Shown here piece after piece: positions 53,535 through 64,000 of a DNA stretch of 64,000 nt. This DNA comes from Callorhinchus milii. Lineage: Eukaryota. Location of the stretch: contig NW_024704742.1 of assembly GCF_018977255.1 (NCBI RefSeq), positions 83,764,001 to 83,828,000 of the forward strand, in the 5' to 3' direction. The notes under the pieces are model-generated. The model was not told the DNA's origin and did no database searches. It was given only the letters and a program-made list of their open reading frames with translations. The translations under genes were made by a program, and so were the position numbers. Position 1 is the first letter of the stretch. Each line of letters begins with the position of its first letter.

Positions 53535-54665
53535 TTCAAGGACATCCCAGGCTCCTCTTCTCCACCACTAACCACCTTCTCCACCCACCTTCCTGTGCCG
53601 CCCCCACCCTCTTCTCTAATTATAACTTTGAGGAGATGTTGGACTTCCTCGAATCCAAAATCGAGGGGATTTGTCCAGCTACCTCTCCTCCGTCCACTGC
53701 TACCCCCTCGCCACCTCCCTCTCATGCCCCAGGCCCCCACCCATCCCTCCTATACATCTTCGACCCTCTCTCCCTCTCTTCCCTGACCTCCATCATTTCA
53801 AAAATGAAGTCCATCACCTGCTCCCTCGACCCCATCCGCATCGCTCTCCTCACCTCCCAGCTCCACTGCCTGGCTCCTCTTTTAACCAACATTGTCAATC
53901 TCTCCTTATCCACTGGTATTGTTCCCACCACACTAAAAACAGCCGTCATCACTCCCATCCTCAAAAAATCTTCCCTGGACCCATCCCTACTTTTCAGCTA
54001 TCACCCCATCAACCTCCCATTCCTCTCCAAGGCTCTGGAACAAGTCATCGCATCCCAGTTTCGCTCTTTCCTCTCTGAATCCCTCCAACTAGGTTTCCGT
54101 GCTTCCCACAGCAGATAAACAGCTCTGGTCAAAGTCACTAATGACATTCTGAACATCTGTGACCAGGGATCTTGCTGCCTCCTTGTCCTCCTCAACCTTT
54201 CTGCTGTCTTCAACACTGTTGTCCACTCTATCCTCCTACACCGCCTCTCCTCTCAGCTCAATCTTGGCAGAACTACCCTTGTCTGGTTCGAATCCTACCG
54301 CTCCTACTGTCTCCACTTTGTCGCCACTTAAAAGCTTTTCCTCCAGCTCCCGCAATGTAACATGTGGCTCCAACCTGCTTCACGTACCCCGCCTCGCCCG
54401 CCCCACCATTGGTGGCCGGGTCTTCAGCCACTCTGCCTTCACCCTCTGGAATTCCACCCCGCAGTCCCTCCTCCTTGCCCCCTCCCTTGACTCCTTCAAG
54501 ACCCGTCGCAGGACCCTCCTCTTCGACCGTGCCTTCAGTCACCCCTTTCCCCACTTGCCCTCCACCCTCCCTGATCCCGAACCCCAGCTCGGGTCTGAAA
54601 CACTGATTGTCCAGCGCCTTCGAATGTCCTCCTGACGTGAAAGGCGCCATACAAATGTAATGTTT
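53535..54665 (+). mobile_element. L2b copy with a large internal deletion
   Basis: RT N-terminal half (CSLDPI, KTAVITPILKK) is joined near 54368 directly to LLHVPRLARPTIGG and the 3' end. Confidence 0.9.
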
Positions 54666-54905
54666 GTCAGGACACCAGGAGAAACTTCCTTTTTCTTGAA
54701 TAGTGCCCTAAGATCTTTAACGTCAACCTGAACAGGCAGATGGGGCCTTGGGTTAACATCTCATCTGAAAGACAGCACCTCCAACAATGCACCCCACACC
54801 CCCCACCAAACCCACCCGCTGCCCACCCTCAAAGTGCAAACATGAGGCTTGAACCCACAGCCTCTGACTCAGAAGTGAGAGTGCTAACAACGGAGCCAAG
54901 CTGAC
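54666..54905 (-). mobile_element. Deu-domain SINE variant A, 5' part
   Basis: Deu body plus head (tggctccgttgttagcactctcacttctgagtcag on the minus strand). Confidence 0.8.
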
Positions 54906-56297
54906 CTTCACCTGACATCACTAAAATGAATGAATGGATGAATTTTTAAAATGTTACATTTCTGCAATGTCCATCGTCTCCCCTTGCCGCATCTTTTTGG
55001 AAACACCTTGCTTCTATGAAGGATGATTTATGTTATGTATTCTCTCACTGTGAATCAGACTGAGCAAAGTGAATCTGCACCTTCGACATCTAAAGCCATG
55101 ATTCACTACCATTTCGAAATATCCTTCTGAAAGAACACAATGCTGTTTAGTTAACTCAATAACTACGGAAGAGTTACTCTGATTCTTATAGCACTTTCTG
55201 ACCCTCACTTTTCTGATTTAGCAGGTTTTGTTTTGGAGGCACAGTAACTGAAGTTCATTTTCGATAAATACTTTTCAAAATTGTGTGGACTTTCTGATGT
55301 ATCTTCCGATAGGACCATGCTTCATATGTGCCAGAGCATCTTTGACAAACAGGCAATTTAGCACATCCTAAACAGTGGTGAATTGAAGTTCATTATATTT
55401 TGACATAAATCACATCTACCTTTGAGAAGTCTCACCGACGTGATAAGATGCTATATCAAGTGCAAGTATTATTATTATTATTATTATTACTAACAGAGCA
55501 TGCAACAAAAGCCTATTCTGCTCAGCAAATTCTGGTCATGAAAGGTTTCCACCCACTTTTTCTGTCTCCTGGAGTAAAAGTTGGCATAAATAGAGCACTT
55601 GTTGATCCCAAATTGTTAAGCTGTCCTTTCTTTTTCTCCCTCTCACACACATACCACACACACACACATTGTAGAAAGTTTACAACACAGGAAGCCATTC
55701 AGCCTATCGTGTCTGGTACTAACAGGATGTGATGGATTGAGGTCTCGGATGTACTTTCAGAGCAGCATAAATGACACATGGCTCCGGTAACAGTATTATA
55801 TCTACCAGCAAGGTCAGATCTTACTTAGCGTGAAGCACAAGTGTTTGTTTTATTCAGGTTGCCTTGCCAAAACCGTGCATAGAGTAGAAAAAAGCCTTAG
55901 TTATGTGAACTGTTGAGATTGCCTCCAGTATGGCATGGGGCCTACTGTGCTGATTGATAAACTGCTTTTGTTTCAACCAACTGGTAGAACACACCATTCA
56001 GACTTGTTCATGAAAGGAAGTGTCTGGCATGGAAGTCATGCTTGGAGGCTGTGAAGATTTGTCTGTTATATTTCACTCTTAGGGGGAAAAGTCTGGCACT
56101 CAAATGGGTGATATGATGTGATAATTATCAGTTACTTTAATGATCACATTACATTCTTGCAATCTCCCCATCCCCTGGAATGCATCCTTTCTTGTTTTGG
56201 GAACTAGTGTGAACATTAAGTATTCATAAATTGTATAGACTTATGTAGACAGCATTGGAGAATCCAACCAACAAACAGGAACATTTTTTCCCAATTT

Positions 56298-56633
56298 ATA
56301 ATAATAATCCTTGCATTTGATATTAGCACCTCATCAAATTGTTGCGACGTCTCAAAGTGCTTCACAGAATATACTGTAAAGTGAATTGACTGTGCATTTT
56401 GTGGGCGAAACTTGGCAGCCAATTGCACACAGCAGTGTCCCACAACAGTCGTGGATTGAGGGACCATCTTCTTTTTTAAGGGATAATTACCCCAGGAAAG
56501 CGATTCACCAATCGACTAACAACCGAATTCCTACATACTACTAGGTAAACAGAGGCGTGTGGAGTAAGGAATCAAACCCAGGTCCTCTTGCTTGTGAGGC
56601 AAGCGCATTAACCACTACACTACAGGACTCCAC
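56298..56633 (-). mobile_element. SINE variant B
   Basis: Head, middle and tail present, with a small deletion. Confidence 0.9.
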
Positions 56634-58492
56634 AATTTACTAATTTACTAATTCAACTACCAGAAATGGAACCCTTGACCTATGTAAATATAAGCAACAG
56701 AAAGCAACAGAATTTTATTTTTGGTCAACCAGGTATCTGACATATAAAAACCCATCACAATGCTTAAGCGTATCCAAAGCCAGACTGAGAGTTCCACAGA
56801 GGTATGCTACCTACACATGCAAAATTCCCTAGGCCTTTGAAAAGTATTTGTCTATCACTGTTTGAAGGAGAAATTGGAGGACGTATGAATGGCAAAAGGC
56901 TTTTCCAACTGTGAAGAAGCATGTTGACAAGTGCTCTGTTTATATTGCAAGCTACAGTGCAGCCAGGTTGTAGCCCACTTCATTATAGCACATTACAATG
57001 CGTTACAGTTACAATGTGGAACCCACTCACTGCTCACACACCATCTGGCCCCCTGGCTTCCCATGCTCTCACACAAAAATGACCGTCTTCCAGGACATCG
57101 GGTCACTGTTGACATCAATTCCTGTTTTGCGCACATGACATCAGCAGCGACTTGAAGTCCCAAAAATCGACTATTTTGCATAGGTGCAGCTGGTGGATAG
57201 GAAGCAAGCCAGTCAGTGGTGCACAAAGAAAATGACAATTATGCTTTGTTATACTTTATCAATCCAACCCACCCCATTATAACAGGAATCCACTGTTTTT
57301 GAGAACTAGTTCAATTTGTTCTGTTCTGAACTAACTAGGTTTGCCTTTTTTATATTTTCCCCATTTTCTTCTAAAGACATTGACCCACGTTGCGATATTA
57401 TTCCCCGGCACTGGAGAGTTGCGGTTTATTAAATCATTCATAATGTGGAATCCTTTGCTGCCATTAACAGGCGTATGTTATGCTGAGTATTTCTTTGTTC
57501 CTCGCCATCCAGAAAGAACCTAATATTCTGCGTCCTTTTGAGTCATCATCTGACTGTGGGAGGGCAGAGGTTACAATACATACAAATGCAAAGGATTACA
57601 GTATGCAGTGTTCAATTCAATTAAGTATTCAGTGGGGCGAGTGGGGGTGAAGAGGGAAGAGGGAGGGGAAAGAGACCTCACAAAAACTCTTAATCTTCTC
57701 TTTTGCTATTCCTTATGTTACCCAATCCCCTCGACTGGACTACTGCATTGTAATTTACTTCCACCCAGCCATCATCCTCAACACAGGGCTTCCATTACTG
57801 GGCTGCATTGAAGACAAATACATTTCACAGCACATCTTGCATTAAACAAAATCTGCCCAACAACAAAAATCTTCTGGACACAAAAAAAGTGAGAACTATT
57901 AGCCAACGTTCAGCAGGCCTGCGATCTGCTTTGCAAATGTAATGCAACTGTGGATAAACTAGGATAATCCTGCCCCGGAGCAGGAAGGTTTAATCAAGTC
58001 AGCAGAGTGTTAGGATGCACAGGGAGTGTGAATGCAACAGAAAAGAAGTGACACAGATCAAGGAAGGCACATCGACGGTGAACATGCTGTGTGCGCTGAG
58101 TGGGGGAGTGGGGGAGGGTTGCTGTCTGAGAGGCCAAGGCAAGACAAAGAGCAAAGAAGACCCTAAAAGACACCAGTCATTTCAATTTGTTGTTTATAGG
58201 CAAGTTCCCCCATTGTTTAGCTACAAAATACACAGTCAACTACACTTTATACCAAAATCCTGTAAAGCCCTTTGACACGTCTATCCAATATCATATCAAA
58301 TGCAAGTTTTTAAAAAATATATTACATTATTTATTATAAGATTCATAAGTAAAGGGAGGTGTAGGGGTGAATAGTAGGAAGAAAACAGGGTGAAAATTGC
58401 AAGGTGTGACGTGTTAATCATAATATTGTTTAATTTTGTGATCGAGTTAATCAATAATTATTCGACAGCCCATGGAGGTCACCCCAATCCAG

Positions 58493-60056
58493 AACAACAC
58501 CAACAACAAAATTACATTTGAATGGCACCTTTCAAAATGGGAGGACGTCCCAAGGCCCTGGACAATCAGGGTTTCGGACTTGAGATGAGGATCAGGATCG
58601 GGGAGGGTGGAGGGCAGTGGGGGAAGAAGGGTGACTGAAGGCATGGTCGAAGAGGAGGGTCTTCAGATGGGTCTTGAAGAAGGCAAGGGAGGAGTTGAGG
58701 TGGAGGGACTGTGGGATGGAGTTCCAGAGGGTGGGAGCAGAGTGGCTGAATGCCCCCCGGCCAATGGTGGGGTGGGCAAGGCAGGGGATGTGAAGTTGGC
58801 CGGAGCCCGCAAGCAGAGGGAGCGGGCCATCCTCTCCTTCAACGTCAACTGCGATGAGAAGCTGGACGTCTTCAAAGCCAAAGTCAAGGGGATCCGCTCA
58901 GCTGCCTCTGCCGTTTCAACAACTACCCCCTCCCCATCTCCCCCTCACACTACAACTCCTATCCCTCCCTCCATACCTTTGAATCTGTCTCCCCCTCCTC
59001 TCTCACCTCCATCATAACCTACATGAAACCGAGCACCTGCTCCCTCAACCCCATCCCTACCCCTCTCCTTACCACCCAGCTCCACCTCATTGCCCCTCTA
59101 CTCAGAAATCATAAACCTCCCACTGTCCTCTGACACCGTTCCCAACCCTTTAAAAACGCCTATATCACTCCTTTCATTAAAAAACCCTCCCTGGACCCAT
59201 CCCTGCTTTCAAACTACTGCCGCATCTCCAACATCCCTTTCCTTTCCAAGGTCCTGGAACGAGTTGTTGCTTCCCAGCTTCAATCCTTCCTCTTCCGTCA
59301 CTCTCTTCACAAACCCCTCCAATCGGGTTTCCATGCCACCCACAGCACAGAAACAGTCCTGATCAAAGTGACTAATGACATTCTGCCCATCTGCGACCAG
59401 GGCTCACTCTGCCTCCTCGTCCTCCTTGACCTCTCTGCTGCCTTTGATACCGTCGACAACTCTATCCTCATCCACCACCTCTCCTCTCACCTGAATTTCA
59501 TAGTCCTGTCCTTGATTGGTTCAGATCATACTTCTCAAACCGTCACCACTTCATCTCCGTGAACAGCTCCTCCTCTAGGCCCCACACCGTTTCGTGCGGC
59601 GTTCCTCAGGGCTCTGCATTCCTCAAGGTTCCTCATAGGTCCATGCCTCAGGCACTGACAGCATCACCATCCAAGGATGTACATTCCACCTTTCTACCCC
59701 ACATCTGTACCATGTTCCACTCTGCCTTCCCACTCCGCAACATCGTCCAGCTTTGCCACTGTCTCACACCGCAGGCCGCTGAGACCCTCATACACGCATT
59801 CATAACATTGAGGGCTCGACTATGCAAACTCCCTGCTTGTCGGCCTCCCCAACTCTTCCCTCCATAGGCTGCAGATCATCCAGAACTGTGTAGCCTCTTT
59901 CCTCTCCTGCACCAGGGTCCATGACCCCATCACCCCCATCCTCGCCCGACTCCACTGGCTTCCCATCACACAGAAGATACAGTTCAAGATCCTGGTCCTC
60001 ACTTTCAAAGCCCTCCATGGCCTTGCTCCAACCTTATCTCTGCGACCTCCTAACCC
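58493..60056. mobile_element. L2b element with inverted 5' part (3' segment 58493-58827 minus; 5' segment 58826-60056 plus)
   Basis: The two segments are contiguous on the L2b map defined by 31460-33526. Confidence 0.88.
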
Positions 60057-60164
60057 TAACCACAATGCTTGGGTCTGAAACTGCCTCTGAATTGCCAGAG
60101 GCTGAGCGTAGCATTTGTGCGTTCGCTCATAAGATATCAGCTCGAGAAAGAAAATCTAAGTTGA

Positions 60165-60390
60165 AAAATCCAGGGAGTCAGCATTCAAATGTCCTGGCCA
60201 ACAAATCCCCCAAATAAAATTGGTCATTCATTTCACGACAGTTTGTGGGACACAGCAGCGTGCAAACTGGCTGGTGCATTCCACCCACAAAATAGCCAGT
60301 CAATCCATTTTACAGTATACCCAGGAAGCACTTTGAGACGTCTTGACGACGTGATAAGACACTATATCAAATTATAATTATTATTATATT
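60165..60390 (+). mobile_element. Deu-domain SINE, 3' half
   Basis: tgtcctggccaac...gtttgtgggacac...tail. Confidence 0.75.
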
Positions 60391-61636
60391 ATTAACAAAA
60401 ACTATGCTCCACAGCAGGCAACTCCATTGTTGGCTTTGTGCTCAAACTCTCGCTAAAGCTGTCCACTCACACTTATGAACTATCATTCATTACTGATTGA
60501 CCAGACCATAATTTCCGACAATGTGATAAATTTGCACCGGTGCTAATCATCACATCACACCTCACCTTGCAGCTTTGCACCCCTAACAAACATTATATCC
60601 AAAATGTGATCTCACCGAGACTAACTTATTTTATTCAGTGATTAACAAGCAAGGGGGGGAAAACATCGAGAGAGAATTTCACAACAAGAGACTGAAAGCC
60701 CAGCGGGAGGAGAGGAAGGGAAGCGGCAGTGAAGGAGTTAACCGTGCACTGAAAGGTAGAGTGATTCAATCCTGTGTTCGCAAAGAGGAACTTATGCAAG
60801 TCGATTGTGTGCATGCACTAATCGCACATGTTGTGTGGGAATCTTGGAAAATACCCTTTAGTTCCATTACCAACTTTATTGATTTTGCCTTTGATTATTT
60901 TTGTGTACTCTTCTCTGTTACTTGAAAAGAATCATGCTAGTTGAATAAAGAGCCACACGTACCTGAGTTTTGTCCACTAGTGACGTGCTAAGATTACCTA
61001 GCCAAAAGGCACATTTTTTTTCAATGGTGTTCCGCTGCATAGCAACAATTAGACCAGAGTGTTTTTGACAGCCAAGGAGGATCAGCATGGATACGTGATG
61101 GGAAAGCTGGCACCCTTTCAACACATGGACAGGAAAAACATTCAAACCATAATGGGTGTGAAACAATGGGTGTGAAACTGCAATGTTTCCTAACACATAG
61201 AACCCATTTATTTTGAAACAGATTCAATGTGATATCATAGCCAACCAGTGAAAAAGCATCACATTTATTCCACCTTGTCAATAGAAACAAAAAAATATTG
61301 GTGGGAATCTGTAGAAATGGATTTCTTTTAGTGTTTATCACTTAGCCCAGCACTGTCCGTCATACTGTTACTGCACTGAAGGCACCTCGCTGCGATATCT
61401 GCTTCATAGTTTTCAATCATCATATTGACTACATTAAGCTGGGTAGCTCCAGTTTGCTCCTTGGGCATAAGAACCAAAATAAAGGATTGTTGAAATGAAT
61501 CCTATAAGACTCATAGCCCAAGGAGCTAAATGAGTTCAATCAAATCCACTGAACAGGCGTGTGCTAATCTCACTGGTATTCTCCACCCCCGCAATTTTAA
61601 CAAGCAGCACCAGGAAACTTACATTCCAGGCAACAT

Positions 61637-61956
61637 CCCTGTAGCTCAGTGGTTAGAGCACTCGTTTTGCAAGTGAGAGACCTGAGTTCAATTCCAGGCA
61701 GAGGGCGAAACCTTGGGCAAGTTTCCTTACTCCACACAGAGCCTAATAATAATCCCTCCAAAACCAAAAACAATAATAAATTGGTCATTTTCAATCTACG
61801 ACTGTTTGTGGGACATTGCTGTGCGCAATTGGCTGCCGCGTTCGCCCACAAATATACAGTCAATTCACTTTACAGTCTATTCTGTGAAGCGCTTTGGGAC
61901 GTCCTCCCGACGTGAAAAGCGCTATATCAAATGCAAGGATTATTATTATTATTATT
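61637..61956 (+). mobile_element. Young SINE variant C
   Basis: A and B boxes, TGC anticodon arm, L2b-like hairpin, (TTA)n tail. Confidence 0.95.
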
Positions 61957-62324
61957 TCCACCCAGAAATCACGCTCATCTCCTGAACAGATCGCACAATG
62001 CAAAACAATAAATATTGGACTTTGTTTTTGTGCAGGATATCTTTTGAGGAATGTTTCTAACATTGTTTCGAAGGCATGCTTTCAATTGAAAGAACGTTCC
62101 TCTTTTGCATTGTTTTACTTTTTTTCAAGAAAAAGTTTAAAAACAAAGAGAAAGAGACTTCAGTTATCAAAAAAAACTGAAAGCAAGAAGGAGTTCCATT
62201 GATTGTTTTAATCAGATTCTGCCAGAAGGACAGAATGGAAGGATATCCTGTGAGTCTGTGCCTTCCTTCCCCCGTGCTCCATTGTGGCATTCCTCCGTGT
62301 TGATTGTACATATTAGATTAGGCC

Positions 62325-62720
62325 TTTTTTCACTAGAGAAGAAACGTTTAAGGGGGAAACCAAATTGATGCATTTCAAATTATAAAAGGGTTCGATAAGA
62401 TTTACGTAATAGGCTATTTCCACATGGGGAGTCCGTAATCAAGGGACACAACCATAAACTAGTGACTAGGGGAATCTAAAAGAGAATTTAGGATGAACTA
62501 CATCACCCAGAGTTTAGTGAGATTTCCTGAAGCAGTGGTGAATCATATAGCATAAATGCATTCAAGAGGAAGCTGGACCTTTACATGAGTGAGAAGGGAA
62601 TGGAAGGGTACAGGAGGGAATAAGGAATATGTGAAGATTTGTGGTGGAATATAAACATCGGCACGGACTGATTGGGCCGGGTGGGCCATTTCCATGCTGT
62701 ACAGTCTATGTAAATTCTTC
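62325..62720 (+). mobile_element. CR1 3' fragment
   Basis: LGLFSLEKKRLRG..I..FQIIKGFD followed by the 3' UTR; same family as 1262-1500. Confidence 0.85.
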
Positions 62721-62952
62721 GTATCTACTCCTCCAGATTAAATGGTCATTCACCTCATGGCTGGTTTTGGGATTGTGCTAAATGCAAACCGGCTCCTACG
62801 TTTCAATTTTCTCCTCTGCATGAGAAAGCTCAGCAATTGTCCTTTGTACTGTCCAGCAAGACAGAGATAAAGTACTCACTGTAAATTATGGCTGTGCACC
62901 CTTAGTTTCTCATAATGCACTGTGTTCTGTTACTCAGAGTTACATAGAGTGA

Positions 62953-63262
62953 TGTGAAGTCCTGTAGCTTTGTGGTTAGAGGCCTCACAAGCGAGAGGAC
63001 ATTGGGTTCGACTCACAGGCAGGGTGAAATGTTGGGCAAGTTTCCTTACTCCACATGCCTCTGTTTACCTAGCAGTAAGTAGGAACCCGGTTGTTAGTTG
63101 ATTGGTGGATCTCTTTTCAGGTGGTAATAACCTCTTTAAAAACAAATGTCGTCACTCAATCCACGACTGTTTGTGGGACACTGCTGTGTGCAATTGGGCT
63201 GCCGTGTTTTGCCCACAAATATACAGTCAATTCACTTTACAGTATATTCTGTGAAACGCTTT
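62953..63262 (+). mobile_element. SINE variant B lacking its terminal tail
   Basis: Head, middle segment and 3' body present. Confidence 0.88.
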
Positions 63263-63913
63263 ATTTCCTTCTTCCACATGTGTACATTTTCAATACATTG
63301 ATGCTATTTGGATAAAACACAGCTCACTACCCTCCCTGTTAGAACCTCTAATGTAGCTTATATATATAACCTCTAGTTTTGGACTCACCAAAAATGTGGA
63401 AAGTCTATCAACATTCACTTTATCGAATATTTTCATGATTTTAAACAACTCTATCAGGCCTCAATGGGATCTAATAAGAGTTTGTTATCATCGGGACTTC
63501 TGGATAAGAAATCCAAGTTGTGCAAATAGGGAGTCCTTCCGGTGACCTACTGCAATTATGTCACACTGACCCACAGGAAGTACACTTTGACACAATCTAC
63601 TTTCTGAGTACAGTTCTGTGGTTCCATGCGAATCCTATGAAGGATTCCGTATCAAACAATCTTATTCACAATATCACAAGTTAGACCCCTATGTACAACA
63701 GTGCATCTTGGCCTCTCAGTGTATCTCACAGTGTACCCTGACTCTGTAATTTTTTTTACATTTTGCCCACAAAATATACGGTCAATTCATTTTACAGTAT
63801 ATTCTGTGAAGTGCTTTGAGACTTCTCAACGACGTGATAAGGCACTAATTTAAATGCAAGCATTATTATTATAGTTATAATTTGCGGACCTTCTTGTTGG
63901 TATAAATGATCGT

Positions 63914-63929
63914 CCACCAGGTGGCAGCA
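63914..63929 (+). promoter_or_regulatory. Candidate CTCF binding site
   Basis: ccaccaggtggcagca matches the CCASYAGRKGGCRS core, in non-repeat sequence. Confidence 0.55.
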
Positions 63930-64000
63930 CATCCTTCCAGGTAAGTGATTTGTTCCTTTCATAATCTTTGTTCAGTGATTGATTTTCAGGTTCCACCACC

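Noticed and set aside
61649..61985. Recurrent similar peptides (MGKFPYST..., [12 protein letters not shown]) across the ORF track
   Set aside because: Translations of non-coding SINE copies, not a gene family.

Overview
Repeat-dense vertebrate DNA, intronic or intergenic, with no host protein-coding gene I can confidently identify. The repeat set points to a cartilaginous fish, plausibly a chimaera: Deu-domain SacSINE1-like SINEs, CR1 LINEs with an SGNH-esterase ORF1, and abundant L2 LINEs. That taxon call is inference. Almost every recognisable ORF is a decayed transposon: two L2 families (L2a and L2b, told apart by their 3' ends), one near-full-length CR1 split by nested insertions (46228-52716), an internally deleted hAT DNA transposon (23503-25695), and over 25 tRNA-derived SINE copies in three head/body variants sharing an L2-type 3' stem-loop. 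I found no evidence of a new multi-gene system. The most notable signals are mechanistic: an L2 copy with a twin-priming-type inversion, two locally templated insertions, loop swapping in the SINE/L2 3' hairpin, and an old non-coding repeat I cannot classify, seen as at least 7 fragments. A few candidate exons and a strong CTCF motif are reported at low to moderate confidence. Repeat boundaries were read by eye and are approximate.
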